Below, one piece after another: positions 48,602-58,699 of a stretch of 61,703 nucleotides of DNA. The first letter of the stretch is position 1. Each line of letters opens with the position of its first letter. A program made the position numbers and the translations under genes. Source of the DNA: Acidobacteriota bacterium (GTDB lineage Bacteria; Acidobacteriota; UBA6911; RPQK01); NCBI GenBank assembly GCA_041946865.1, contig JBHGBF010000008.1:1-61703 (forward strand), given 5' to 3'. The notes beneath the pieces were generated by a model. The model did not search any database. It was not told where the DNA came from and saw only the letters and a program-made list of their open reading frames with translations.

Positions 48602-49253
48602 GCTTCTTGTCTCCTACGCTAGAAGAAACAGGCGCCGGGTACTGCCAGGAAAAGAAGACGGCCAGCATGAGCAGGATCGAAAAGGCCACCAGCGCGTAAG
48701 CCGCCACGTCCGGATAGCTCTCCACCGTGAAATTCGCGATGACTTTCTGGCCGAAAACCGGCGGGGTGAACGGCTCGATCTTGATCGCCGCCGTCGGCTC
48801 CAGATTGTGGCCATACGTATACAGCCTGTTATAGAAGCTCCAGAGTGAAAACAGCCCGAAGTAAACGAACAGAACCAGGACGTCCACCAGGTTGGCCATC
48901 TTTCCCAGGACGGCAGCCCGGAGCGCGAGAAGCATCAGCCCGCCGATGACAAGCGGCAACCAGGTAAACTCGCCGAAGTCGCTTTCCAGCAGCGGGCGCA
49001 TGCCGATGTAGTGATTGAGCGAATTGATCTCCCGCAGATCGTCCCGGTTCGGTGACATTCCTCCTTCCAGTTTGTAGGTGTAGATATTCAGGACCAGGCC
49101 GTCGGTGTACTGGTTCGAGTAGAAGACCATGAACCAGAGGGGAGAAACATAACTGACCATCAGGACCAGCACAGCGAGGACAATCAGCACCCGGCTGGTC
49201 GCCGTTAACGAAAGGTCGAAGAACGAGTTTGTTTTTGTCAGGAGCGCTTGCAT
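48585..49253 (-). CDS. nosB: Clade II nos-cluster membrane protein NosB
   Basis: PLW...NQYTDGL, EINSLNHYIGM, YGHNLEPTA, FTPP..G.K.IANF; directly after nosZ. Confidence 0.82.
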   Translation of the reverse strand: MQALLTKTNSFFDLSLTATSRVLIVLAVLVLMVSYVSPLWFMVFYSNQYTDGLVLNIYTYKLEGGMSPNRDDLREINSLNHYIGMRPLLESDFGEFTWLPLVIGGLMLLALRAAVLGKMANLVDVLVLFVYFGLFSLWSFYNRLYTYGHNLEPTAAIKIEPFTPPVFGQKVIANFTVESYPDVAAYALVAFSILLMLAVFFSWQYPAPVSSSVGDKKLGYAP

Positions 49254-49278
49254 GATCAGGCCTCTAGTAATGGCGAAA

Positions 49279-49336
49279 GGGCCGCCGGCGGGCAAAGAAA
49301 TTGAAAAACGTCAATCCGGCAGCCCGGTGGCAGCCC
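49279..49336 (-). promoter_or_regulatory. Imperfect stem-loop after nosZ whose loop holds an FNR/DNR-like box
   Basis: Arms 49279-49293 and 49322-49336 (12/15 complementary); TTGAA-AAAC-GTCAA at 49301-49314. Confidence 0.4.
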
Positions 49337-49355
49337 TGTCACCTTCATCTACCGG

Positions 49356-51278
49356 CTACTTCAGCGCCAGCTGCCGTACGCCGCTGGACGGCTCGGTTTT
49401 TGTCAGCTGACCCTGGGGCGGTTTCCCGCCACCTACCAGCAGGTATCCCTGCATTTCCTGGTGGAGGGCCGAGCAGAAATTCGTGCAGTAGAACGGGAAG
49501 ACACCCGGTTTGTTCGCCACAAACTCGATGACTTTGGTTTCCCCCGGATCGACAACCACGTTGATGTTGTACTCGTTCAAGCCGAAACCGTGCAGCTCGT
49601 CAGTTGTCTGTTCGATGTTCGTCAGATAAATGGTCACGCGGTCACCCTGCTTCACCTCGATCTTGTTCGGCTCGAAGCTGCTGCGGACCGCCAACATAAA
49701 GACATTGACGTTATTGCCTTTGCGTTCCACGCGCGCATCCTTGACATCCCAGATGGCGTTCGGGTTCTTGTTCTCGGCCTTCTGATACACCTCGATAGCC
49801 TTGATCTTGTCCGCCTTGATGATCTGCGCATAGTGCGGCTCGGGCTCCGTATACGCTTCGTAGAGCATCTTCATCTTCTCGCCGCTAACATCGATCAACT
49901 GGGAGGATTCGGGTTGTGAGGGACCGACGGTCAGATGCCTGCCGTGGGACAGCTTGTTAAGCGCCACCAGGTACTTGCCGTCGGGAGCGACAGTGTCCCC
50001 CTCGGCCGCGGTCAAATGACCGATGTTGTAGGTTACCGGGATCTTGTCGACCACTTCCCAGGTGCCCAGCTTCCACTTGGCCACCGCGCTCTCTACGAAC
50101 AAGCTGGTGTAGGCAAAACCTCGGTCGTCGAATTGGGTGTGAAGAGGCCCAAGCCCGACGTTGACCTCTGCATCCCTGATGCTTTCGTATCTGAGCACCG
50201 GGACTCCGTCTTCCTGCCCGGTGAAGTCCTTCTTGGCAATCGCGGTCTTTATCTTCTCGAAATTGAAAGCGGTCGTGATCGACTGTAGCTTCCCGCTGCC
50301 GATGATGTACTTCCCGTCCGGGCTGATATCGACTCCGTGCGGGCTCTTGCTGCAGGGGAGGAAATAGACGACCCCCTGAACTTCTTTGGGGTCAATCACC
50401 TTGACGCCATCGATCGTCTTGGTCTTGCCGTCTTTGACTGCCTTTTCCGCCGCCCTCCAGTCGACTGCGGCGATGTAGTCGCGATCTTTCTGGGTGGCCG
50501 TCACCTCAAGCTTTCCGGTCGCCCGCTCGGCGTTATAGCAGGTCCAGAACGCCCAGCCTTCGCTGGCCATCTTGCCCGCGTCACCCAGGTCGTAATCGAA
50601 CGGCGGCATCAGGATCTCCCAGCCCAGGGCCATATGGCCGGTCTTCGGATCGACCGAGATCCCCGCGACCACACCCTTGTATTGGGACGCGTAGCTCTCG
50701 AGCGGCGCCACGGTTCCTTTGGGCAGCGGGATTGAGAAACGGGAAGCAGCCAGGATGTATTCGGTGTTGGGCGTGACGAACGTTGAGCCGTGGTTGCCGG
50801 AAACGTTCGGGATGGGACCAAGGATCTGCCTGGTTTTGAAGTCCCTCAGATCGATTCGAGCTACGCGGTTGTTGGCGTTGTCATTTATAAAGAGCCACCG
50901 GCCGTCGTAGTCTCCCTTGGTTTCGCTGAGAGCGGGGTGGTGGGCATCGCCCCAGGTGTAACCGCCCAGCATTTCCTTCGTTTCTTTGTCGAATCCATAA
51001 CCGGTGGCCGGATAGGGGGCAAAGACCGGGATGGTACAAATATGGCGCATGGAGGGCACTCCGGCCACGTAAATCTGCCCCGAATGTCCACCGGAGTAGA
51101 ACAAGTAGTACTGATCGACATCACCAGGCGCAACATAGCTCGCGACTGCGGCTTCTGCAGCGCCTGTCCGTTGCTGAACGCGGGTCTTGCTTCCACAGCT
51201 CACCGGGAGCAGCAGTAGGGCCAGGATACAGCCTGCTCCGACGATAACCCAGGTGAACCGTCTCATCTTGGTTTTCAT
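49356..51278 (-). CDS. nosZ: Clade II (Sec-dependent, lipoprotein) nitrous oxide reductase
   Basis: Lipobox-like PVSC, no Tat motif; SGGHSGQ, DAHH, NHG, SPHG, GPLHT, IGHL, EPHY (CuZ); HGF...CTNFCSALHQEM (CuA); no fused C-terminal cytochrome c. Confidence 0.97.
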   Translation of the reverse strand: MKTKMRRFTWVIVGAGCILALLLLPVSCGSKTRVQQRTGAAEAAVASYVAPGDVDQYYLFYSGGHSGQIYVAGVPSMRHICTIPVFAPYPATGYGFDKETKEMLGGYTWGDAHHPALSETKGDYDGRWLFINDNANNRVARIDLRDFKTRQILGPIPNVSGNHGSTFVTPNTEYILAASRFSIPLPKGTVAPLESYASQYKGVVAGISVDPKTGHMALGWEILMPPFDYDLGDAGKMASEGWAFWTCYNAERATGKLEVTATQKDRDYIAAVDWRAAEKAVKDGKTKTIDGVKVIDPKEVQGVVYFLPCSKSPHGVDISPDGKYIIGSGKLQSITTAFNFEKIKTAIAKKDFTGQEDGVPVLRYESIRDAEVNVGLGPLHTQFDDRGFAYTSLFVESAVAKWKLGTWEVVDKIPVTYNIGHLTAAEGDTVAPDGKYLVALNKLSHGRHLTVGPSQPESSQLIDVSGEKMKMLYEAYTEPEPHYAQIIKADKIKAIEVYQKAENKNPNAIWDVKDARVERKGNNVNVFMLAVRSSFEPNKIEVKQGDRVTIYLTNIEQTTDELHGFGLNEYNINVVVDPGETKVIEFVANKPGVFPFYCTNFCSALHQEMQGYLLVGGGKPPQGQLTKTEPSSGVRQLALK

Positions 51279-51303
51279 GTCGGCCTCCTTAATGGACGCG
51301 AGT

Positions 51304-51338
51304 CTGGGAGCACAGGCGGGATGCCGTAGCGCTCCCAG
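51304..51338. repeat. REP-like hairpin in the nosZ leader
   Basis: CTGGGAGC...GCTCCCAG; its first half CTGGGAGCACAGGC recurs at 10842-10855. Confidence 0.55.
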
Positions 51339-51342
51339 GAGC

Positions 51343-52530
51343 TCAATTCCTCGATTTATCGGTCAACTGCGCACTCTTCTTCTCGTACGCATACTTCAGT
51401 TTCTGGATCACCTCCCGCTTTTCGTCAGGTGAGAGTTGAATCTGCGTAGCCAGGACGACAGACATCGTCCCGGTCGGATTCATCAAGAAGTCCTCAAGCG
51501 TCTTGCCAAAACGGCTTTGGACATCCACCACGGCTTCGCTCAGGTCCGGGCCGATCTTGGCCGCCGATTCGATGCCCAGGGTGCTGACCGAGTGGCAGAT
51601 GAAGCAGCCCTTCTTCACAAAGAAGGCGCCTTCCCCCTCCATCATCTCGCGTTCCTTCTCCACTTCCTCCGGCGTCAGCTGATCGGCGAGAGTCACACCG
51701 GGAAAATAACGGGCCGGCAGCTCAGTCCGTTTCCAGCTGAGCACCAGCAGAGTCAGGGCCTGCGCATCGGCGCTCGAGAAGTTGAAATGGGGCATCACGG
51801 TTTCAGGCACGAGCGATTTGGGATCCTGCAGATGAGCCACGTGCCAGGCAAACGCGGAATTGACTCCCGATATTCTCGAGTAATCGTACTGCTCGGGAGA
51901 TTTGTCTCCCACGAACGTGAGATCGGGGCCGATCTGCCCGCCTCGTCCGTTGATGACGTGACAGGCCCGACACCCCTTCTCCTGGACCAACTGCTTGGCG
52001 CGGTTGATGAAATCGGCGCCCTTGGTTTCGCGTTCGTAGCGATGGCACTCGTTGCACCGCATTTGCAACATGGCCTTTTTGTCCCGGACCAGGTAGATCT
52101 CGCTCAATTCGTTACCGAGCAGGGGCTCCTCCCAGTGCTCGACAAGGCCGTGCGCTGATTCGAAGCTGGCGGCGTATCCCTGGCCGCCGTGACAGGTGGT
52201 ACAGCCGAAGCGCGCCAGAGGGTGAACCCGGACGACCTCGACTGGATGAGAGCGATAGGGGTTCGGCTCGTTCTCCAGTCCTTTCCACTCCATCCCCTGG
52301 TGGCAGGTCGTGCAACGATCGACCCTGCCCAAATCGCGCAGCCAGATTTGCTGAAGGCCTCGGGGAACGGCTGCCGCCCGTTCTTCACCGAATCTCCGGG
52401 CAATCAAATCCCGGAACTCAGCCTGGTAAGCTCGCCATTCGGAGTTCCATGCGCTCCAGATCAGAAACCCGGTGATCACCGCTATTACCACACCGAACCC
52501 ACAGAGCCAGATGAAGTCTTTGCGAAACAC
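51343..52530 (-). CDS. Membrane-anchored pentaheme cytochrome c
   Basis: Five CxxCH motifs: CTTCH x2, CNECH, CRACH, CFICH; N-terminal TM anchor. Confidence 0.9.
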   Translation of the reverse strand: MFRKDFIWLCGFGVVIAVITGFLIWSAWNSEWRAYQAEFRDLIARRFGEERAAAVPRGLQQIWLRDLGRVDRCTTCHQGMEWKGLENEPNPYRSHPVEVVRVHPLARFGCTTCHGGQGYAASFESAHGLVEHWEEPLLGNELSEIYLVRDKKAMLQMRCNECHRYERETKGADFINRAKQLVQEKGCRACHVINGRGGQIGPDLTFVGDKSPEQYDYSRISGVNSAFAWHVAHLQDPKSLVPETVMPHFNFSSADAQALTLLVLSWKRTELPARYFPGVTLADQLTPEEVEKEREMMEGEGAFFVKKGCFICHSVSTLGIESAAKIGPDLSEAVVDVQSRFGKTLEDFLMNPTGTMSVVLATQIQLSPDEKREVIQKLKYAYEKKSAQLTDKSRN

Positions 52531-52542
52531 TGGATGCCTCCC

Positions 52543-53865
52543 TCAGAACTTGCGTGGCAACTCGGGCCAGCTTTCCCATGGCCAGTAAATGTTCCAGTAA
52601 GGACCGCGCAGGTAAGTGCCGACAACTGTCAGAAGCAGGACGATAACGACGACGACCAGGAAGATCAGATTGGCTTTTCGCCGCTCGCGGCCCCACCAAA
52701 GGCCAACCGCCTGAACCGGCGATCTGTCGAGGTACGGGGCCGCCAGAAGCGCGAGAATGACCAGCCCGGGGATGATTATTCCGCCGACAAGGGCGCCGTT
52801 AATAGTCACCCCACCGACATTGACCGTCGTGTCTGTCACCAGTTCCTGCAGCCACAGGAAATACCAGGGTGCTTTAGCTGGATTGGGCGTCACACTTGGG
52901 TTGGCCGCTTCCTCGAGCGGCGCCGGCAAGAGCAGGGCAAGCAGTGCCACGACGGCAAAAGTCGCCAGGGTGACGAGCGCGAGACGCCGGGTCAAATGGG
53001 GCGACGATTCAACTGTATGCTCGTCTTCGTTGACCAGAGCAGTCCGGACTTGAACGGTGACGCCGGCGGTAAGCCCAAGAAGCGAATAGGTCTTGCGGGG
53101 ATTCGGTGGAACCTCCCGTGACTTCTGCTCGAGCGCCAGGTGGTCGACGCACGCCAATCCGCCGTCTTTGCGGACCCGCCAGAGATGGTACGAAACGAGC
53201 AGAAGGACGGCCAGAGGCAGGAAAAAGCAGTGCAGGACATAAAAACGGATCAGAGTCCCCTGGCCGATCGTCGTTCCGCCCAAGAGAATGAAACGTGAGG
53301 GCTCTCCCAAGACCGGGGCGGCCTGAGCGATGTTGGTTCCCACCGTGATGGCCCAGTAGGCCAGCTGGTCCCAGGGGAGCAGATACCCGGTGAAAGAAAG
53401 CAGCAGCGTCAATAACAGCAGCGCGACACCGACCATCCAGTTGAGCGGCCGGTTCTGCAAACCCGGCTGGGTGTTCCGGTAGGCGCCGGTGAGGAAAACC
53501 CGAACCATGTGAAGGAACACTGCGGCCACCATCAGGTGAGCGCTAATCCGGTGAACGGCTCGCAGGAACCACCCGTAGGAAACCGCGAACTCCAGATCTT
53601 TGACCGACAGGTAAGCGCGCTCTACCGACGGGACGTACAGAAACATCAATATCACGCCGGTAACGCTGAGAATCCCGAACAGCACGGCCGAGATCGTCCC
53701 CAGCCAGAAAGAATACCGCCAGGAAAGGCTCTGCTTGGAGACCTTCGCGGGGAACCAGTGCAGCAGGAAATTGCGGACGACCGCATCTCCAGCCTCGCGT
53801 GAGCTGGTCGGTTTCCATGTCCAACTGATTTTGTTCCAGGTGGTCCGTTTGCTGGTTGTGTCCAT
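52543..53865 (-). CDS. Cytochrome b of a Rieske/cytb complex (b6 and subunit IV fused)
   Basis: [12 protein letters not shown]...[34 protein letters not shown] (PEWY variant). Confidence 0.9.
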   Translation of the reverse strand: MDTTSKRTTWNKISWTWKPTSSREAGDAVVRNFLLHWFPAKVSKQSLSWRYSFWLGTISAVLFGILSVTGVILMFLYVPSVERAYLSVKDLEFAVSYGWFLRAVHRISAHLMVAAVFLHMVRVFLTGAYRNTQPGLQNRPLNWMVGVALLLLTLLLSFTGYLLPWDQLAYWAITVGTNIAQAAPVLGEPSRFILLGGTTIGQGTLIRFYVLHCFFLPLAVLLLVSYHLWRVRKDGGLACVDHLALEQKSREVPPNPRKTYSLLGLTAGVTVQVRTALVNEDEHTVESSPHLTRRLALVTLATFAVVALLALLLPAPLEEAANPSVTPNPAKAPWYFLWLQELVTDTTVNVGGVTINGALVGGIIIPGLVILALLAAPYLDRSPVQAVGLWWGRERRKANLIFLVVVVIVLLLTVVGTYLRGPYWNIYWPWESWPELPRKF

Positions 53866-53974
53866 GGCGCATCCTCGTTTCAAAGTAGTGGACGAAGGAC
53901 ACAGTGGACGACGCGGACTCGAGTCGTCGATTCGCGCCGTCCCTTTCGTCCCAACAGCCTGACGACTTTCGGTT

Positions 53975-54559
53975 TCACACCGTCACCCTGAATTCCCGAT
54001 CGGTTTCTTCCGAAGCGTCCACAATGAGCTGGCCATCGTCGGGGGAGACCTCGAGCTTGAAAAAAGGCAAGGGTCGGGGAGCAGGACCGGAATAATTGGT
54101 GCCGTCCCCGCGGTACCTGGAGCCGTGGCAGGGGCAAAGAAACTCGTGCTCTTCCTGCAACTGCCGTCCCCCAGCCTCGACGGTTTGGACCCGATCCAGT
54201 CGTCGCAGCTTCACGGTGCAGCCAAGATGCGTGCAGACCGCTGACATCGCCTGGAAAGTATTTTTATGGCGGAAGATAAAGACCCTGCGGTCATCCAGAA
54301 AGGACACGCCTTCCATAAACTGATCGGGTGTTCCGACTTTGAACCGGGGCGGCTCCTCGTACAGGACGTTGGGAACCAGAGAGCGCAGGAAAGCGTAGGT
54401 CTGTCCGGCCAGGCCCGCGACCACGGCGCTCACTCCCAGCCGTCGCAGAAAAGTGCGCCGGCCCGTGCCACTTACGGCCCCGGCCTCAATTGAATCCGGA
54501 CGCTCGGATAGAGTGTGAGGTTGGCTTGCCGGCGCCTGCGGCGCCTTATCGCTCGACAT
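53975..54559 (-). CDS. Rieske 2Fe-2S subunit
   Basis: Tat motif RRTFL; CTHLGC and CPCHGS; GPAPRPL. Confidence 0.93.
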   Translation of the reverse strand: MSSDKAPQAPASQPHTLSERPDSIEAGAVSGTGRRTFLRRLGVSAVVAGLAGQTYAFLRSLVPNVLYEEPPRFKVGTPDQFMEGVSFLDDRRVFIFRHKNTFQAMSAVCTHLGCTVKLRRLDRVQTVEAGGRQLQEEHEFLCPCHGSRYRGDGTNYSGPAPRPLPFFKLEVSPDDGQLIVDASEETDREFRVTV

Positions 54560-56456
54560 AGTTGAACACCTCCATGGTCATCGCATCGGTCGGGCAGCGA
54601 ACGGCGCACAGGCCGCACCGAATGCACTTCTCGTCATCCTTGATCATTGCCGACAGGGGCGCGCCGTTTTCGGAGGCACCGGAAAGCCCGGCAGCCGGGT
54701 GGATGATCTCGACATCGAGATCAAGTTCTTCGACGGGGACGAGCTTCAGGCAGCGCTCAGGGCAAACATCCACGCAACGGCTGCACAGGACGCAGGCGTC
54801 GGCGTTGTAGATGGTCTGGATGTGACAAAAAAGACAACGTTCCGCTTGCCTTCGAGCTTCCAGCTCGGCGTAGCCGCTCTCCACTTCTGATATTCCGGTG
54901 CGACGATCGAGATCTACTGAAGGCGGAGCCTGACGCGGGCGTTTCTCGTAGCCGGGCGCCATTCGGTAGGTCCGGGTCGGCAGCTTCTCGATATTGAGCT
55001 GTACGGCAGGTGCGGGGCGCTTTTTCCGAAGGTAGTCGTCGATGGAAAGGGCCGCTTGCTTGCCGTTGGCTACCGCATCGATCAGGTTCCGAGGGCCGAA
55101 GGCCACGTCGCCCCCGGCGAAAACTCCGGGCGCAGTCGTGGCCAGCGTTTTCGGATCGATCTGAATCGTTCCCCGGGGCGTCACCTGCACGCCATCAGAA
55201 GGCTTGAGGAAGGAGAGATCCGCCTGCTGGCCGACCGCCAGGATGACGGAATCCGCCTCCAGTCGCTCCTGTATTTCCGGAGCATAGACCGGATCGAACC
55301 TCCCGTCCGGATCGTAGGTCCGCGTCACACCGATCAATTCGATCGCGCACACGCGGCCGTCACGACCGGCGATTCGACACGGACCGCGCTGCGGGTGGAA
55401 CCGGACGCCTTCGCGCCTGGCCTCTGCAAACTCCTCCCGTCCCTGTTCGGTTCGCAGAGCAGGCATCTCTTCGAACGACTCGAGGCTGCAGATGCGGACT
55501 TCAGCAACTCCGGAACGAAGCGCCGCGCGAGCGGCGTCGAGAGCGCCCGGCATGAGGCCGCCCTGGTGATCGAGATCCGGTTCCAGCGCCGCGCGCAGCG
55601 CCATCCGGGCAGCATCGAATGCCACAAAACCGCCGCCGATGACCACCACCCGCTTTCCCAAGTCGGCCCTGTACCCGCGGTTGATGTTCAGCAGAAAATC
55701 CACGGCTTTGATCACGCCGTCCAATTCGGCGCCTTCGATCGTGAGATCGCGTCCCCGCTGAGTGCCGATCGCAATGAAGATCGCCTCGTACCCGGCGTTT
55801 TGAAGCTCCCGAAGCCCGAAGTCTTTCGTCAAAGGAAGGTTGAGCTTGACGTCGACACCAAGCCCGACAATCTTCTCAATCTCTTTGTCAATCACGGAGC
55901 GCGGCAGTCTGAATTCCGGGATCCCGTGGCTCAACATACCTCCCAGGGAATCACTGCCTTCAAAGATCATGACGCGGTATCCCATCAGCGCCAGATCATG
56001 GGCGCATGAAACGCCGGCCGGACCGGCGCCGATGACGGCTACCTTTTGAGGCGTTCCGTCTGGAGCCCTGGTACGGACCAGCTCAGGCAAATGCCATGAC
56101 ACCCGGTTGCCGGCATCGGCGACTCCTCTCAGAAGCGGGTCCTGAGTGTCCGGCAGAATCGACTCCACCCCGTACTTCTCACACAAAAAGCGCTTGAGCG
56201 CCCGAATGCTGACTGGTGCGTCGATCTTCCCGCGCCGGCAGCTGTCTTCACAGGGCGCGGCGCAGACGCGGCCGCAGATGGAAGCGAGCGGATTGGGGGA
56301 GCGAGCCACGAGGTAGGCCGGTTCCAACTGCCGTTGTGCAATGAGCTGCACGTATTTCCCGGCGTCCGTGTGCACGGGACAGGCAGCCTGACACGGAACC
56401 ATCCGCTTCCAGAACCCCATGTCAGGGACGATCGTCTTGTACTTCAACTCCGCCAT
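54546..56456 (-). CDS. GltD/NfnB-like NAD(P)H-dependent FAD/FeS oxidoreductase with C-terminal 2[4Fe-4S] ferredoxin
   Basis: CQAACP, CGRVCAAPCEDSC, GAGPAG, GIPEFRLP, GGGFVAFD, GVFAGGD, RCLFC, CVLCSRCVDVCP, CIRCGLCAVRCP. Confidence 0.9.
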   Translation of the reverse strand: MAELKYKTIVPDMGFWKRMVPCQAACPVHTDAGKYVQLIAQRQLEPAYLVARSPNPLASICGRVCAAPCEDSCRRGKIDAPVSIRALKRFLCEKYGVESILPDTQDPLLRGVADAGNRVSWHLPELVRTRAPDGTPQKVAVIGAGPAGVSCAHDLALMGYRVMIFEGSDSLGGMLSHGIPEFRLPRSVIDKEIEKIVGLGVDVKLNLPLTKDFGLRELQNAGYEAIFIAIGTQRGRDLTIEGAELDGVIKAVDFLLNINRGYRADLGKRVVVIGGGFVAFDAARMALRAALEPDLDHQGGLMPGALDAARAALRSGVAEVRICSLESFEEMPALRTEQGREEFAEARREGVRFHPQRGPCRIAGRDGRVCAIELIGVTRTYDPDGRFDPVYAPEIQERLEADSVILAVGQQADLSFLKPSDGVQVTPRGTIQIDPKTLATTAPGVFAGGDVAFGPRNLIDAVANGKQAALSIDDYLRKKRPAPAVQLNIEKLPTRTYRMAPGYEKRPRQAPPSVDLDRRTGISEVESGYAELEARRQAERCLFCHIQTIYNADACVLCSRCVDVCPERCLKLVPVEELDLDVEIIHPAAGLSGASENGAPLSAMIKDDEKCIRCGLCAVRCPTDAMTMEVFNYVER

Positions 56457-56560
56457 CAGGTTTCCTCCCTGGCCAAAAACCCGCCGGCCGAATCGAATTT
56501 GCTAGCTATGTCAAGACTCGTAGTTGATCATATCAGCAATCCGAAGCGAGTTCTAAGGGG

Positions 56561-56595
56561 GGTAAGGCGTCAGACGTCGGGAGTCAGAAGTAAGG
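56561..56595 (+). repeat. Short degenerate heptamer run
   Basis: GGTAAGG CGTCAGA CGTCGGG AGTCAGA AGTAAGG. Confidence 0.45.
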
Positions 56596-56607
56596 AAGGA
56601 GGTCAGC

Positions 56608-57363
56608 GTGAATAGGATACCGGCAATCGTCAGGATAGTGTCGGCGGGCCTGTCCCTGCTGGTCGGATACAGCTGCGCGGACAACCAGACCAGCCCGGGA
56701 GTAGAGCCTTCGCCCCAGGCGCAGGCCGGCGCTAAAATCGCGCCCGCCCAAGCGGGCGGCGGCGCACCCAAGCTCGCTACATCGCAGACGGGTGTCACGG
56801 TCACGGGATCGCAGAGCGGCAGCGTCACAGTTCCAGCGGAAAAAGGCGGTTACCTGATCAGGTATCGATACAAAGGCTACGGGCTGAAACTGGAAGTCCA
56901 GTCGGTCCTGGGGACTTTGAACATGATACCGGGCGGCCAGTCGCCCGGCAGCGATGGATGGACCCGGTTCGATGACCTGACGAGCTTCAACAGCACCGCG
57001 GACCAACAGTATCAACTAACCGCCAGTGAGCCGTTTGAAATAGAGTTCGTCAGACTCCCTCTGCGGGCTTCGCCTGATACACCGCCCCGGAGTTACAGCG
57101 GGAGAGGCCTGAAAGTAGTCGGACCGGTGTCGTTGAAGGCCGGATCAGCCTCGTTCAAAGTCAGCTGTCCGGATCTCAAACAAGCAGGGTTTGTGGCCGA
57201 GCTCTACGACGGCCGGACCGCGCAAAACAAGGGAATCATCGCGCTGGGAACCGGGGCCAAAGTGGACGAGACGAAGAAACTGCAGGTGCCTTCGGCAGGC
57301 GACTACCTGCTGAAAGTCAACGCCAACGGGCGGGCAGACTGGGCGATTGAAGTCACGCAGTAA
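56608..57363 (+). CDS. Hypothetical lipoprotein with two beta-sandwich repeats
   Basis: GGAGG RBS; VGYSC lipobox-like; low-complexity linker; two related domains ending YLIRY and YLLKV..WAIEV. Confidence 0.7.
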   Translation: MNRIPAIVRIVSAGLSLLVGYSCADNQTSPGVEPSPQAQAGAKIAPAQAGGGAPKLATSQTGVTVTGSQSGSVTVPAEKGGYLIRYRYKGYGLKLEVQSVLGTLNMIPGGQSPGSDGWTRFDDLTSFNSTADQQYQLTASEPFEIEFVRLPLRASPDTPPRSYSGRGLKVVGPVSLKAGSASFKVSCPDLKQAGFVAELYDGRTAQNKGIIALGTGAKVDETKKLQVPSAGDYLLKVNANGRADWAIEVTQ

Positions 57364-57486
57364 CCGGGCAAAAGCTTCACAGGCCCGGCGTTACGGACCG
57401 CACACAGCGAGGGTGTCAGAAAAGGGGGCCCCGGACGAGCGGTGTCCGCTCAATATGGTATTCCACCCTTTCCGTGATACGAGCCC

Positions 57487-58578
57487 CTACTTGCCCGCCG
57501 CCCAGTCCCGGACCACATCGTAGCGCTTGCGGAGCCAGTCGAGCGGGATCTGTTGCGCTGCAAAAGTAAAGTGAGCCTCCACGTGCTTACACCAGCGTAC
57601 GATGTCGGTCATGGCATGGGTGACATCGGCCGACATCATTCCCTGGTGCTCCAGCGAGCCGATTCGAAGCGCCACGTCCCGATCCTCGGAGCTCGGATCC
57701 CGCTCGTCCAGGATTCTGCGGATGAACCGGGCCATGCCGACGACTTCGTGGCAAGATTCAAACAGCTCCAGCTCGTCCCGGAGCTTAGGGGGCAAGTCCG
57801 CGGGCACGGTGCCTCCGCTATGGAAGTAGACCCTGTCAGTGGGAGTCTCGAGGAATTTCCCTGGGTGCAGGAATTGAAGATCGACCGGACTGCTTCGCAG
57901 CAGGCAACCAGCCGCGTACCCGAGCGGGACTGACAGCTCCACGCCGGTCGTCTGTTCTCCAAAGAGGTGAAGAATGCCACCCCGAAGCTCGCGGGCGATC
58001 AGATCCCAATCAAGCAGGTAACGATAGCTGTGAAGCGTGGTGAAGTCCAGGACGGTCCGGATGCCTCGGGCCCGGATGAAATCATTCACGGCTCGGGTGA
58101 GCAAGTTCTTGCGTGTCAGGGTCTCGCGTATGGAGGGGTGGTCGTTGAAATGGCAGACATGGTCCTGGATTGACTCTGCGGGCCGCAGAATACCGTATAA
58201 GCCGGAAAGGATGAGAACCGACGCGGCGCCCTCGGTCAAAAGCACCGGACCGTGGTCTCCCAGTTCCGAGTAAAACGCCCCCTGGTATCTCTCGGCCGCC
58301 CTCAGGTACCTGGCGTCGTTCGCTTCTCCCCCGAAGTCGGGGCCTTTGACCAGACCCTGGTTCCTCGGCAGGTCGCACATTGTTTCGCCGGAACAGGTCT
58401 TCCCCCCCTTGGAGATCCAGTCGAATATCTGGCTTCTGGCCTTCACCAGCTCATCCGCAACCTCTCGCCGCAGGACGTTTACGATTGAGGCTTCCCGATC
58501 GTACGTGCTGACCCCGCCGCTTTTCTTATTGTTGCAGCAAACAATTATCATCAGGACTTCGCGCGACTGGCCGTTCAT
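57487..58578 (-). CDS. YaaA/DUF328-like protein with C-terminal helical extension
   Basis: [42 protein letters not shown]...Y. Confidence 0.7.
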   Translation of the reverse strand: MNGQSREVLMIIVCCNNKKSGGVSTYDREASIVNVLRREVADELVKARSQIFDWISKGGKTCSGETMCDLPRNQGLVKGPDFGGEANDARYLRAAERYQGAFYSELGDHGPVLLTEGAASVLILSGLYGILRPAESIQDHVCHFNDHPSIRETLTRKNLLTRAVNDFIRARGIRTVLDFTTLHSYRYLLDWDLIARELRGGILHLFGEQTTGVELSVPLGYAAGCLLRSSPVDLQFLHPGKFLETPTDRVYFHSGGTVPADLPPKLRDELELFESCHEVVGMARFIRRILDERDPSSEDRDVALRIGSLEHQGMMSADVTHAMTDIVRWCKHVEAHFTFAAQQIPLDWLRKRYDVVRDWAAGK

Positions 58579-58699
58579 GGCTTGTGAGAATATCACTGGA
58601 GCCTGATAAAAGAGCACAAATTGTGAGCCTCGAATGACAACAAACGTCAAGGCCGTCCTTCAGCTCGCAGATTTCGTCAGTGCAGGTCTTTTCGCACGC

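Noticed and set aside
54546-56456. Glutamate synthase small subunit gltD
   Set aside because: No gltB nearby, it has an extra ferredoxin domain and overlaps the Rieske gene; same fold, different role
56499-56537. FNR box or sigma70 promoter upstream of the flavoprotein-nos operon
   Set aside because: GTTGAT-CAT-ATCAGC has a 3-nt rather than 4-nt spacer, and the minus-strand TTGACA has no -10 at 17 bp; a regulator site is possible but not supportable
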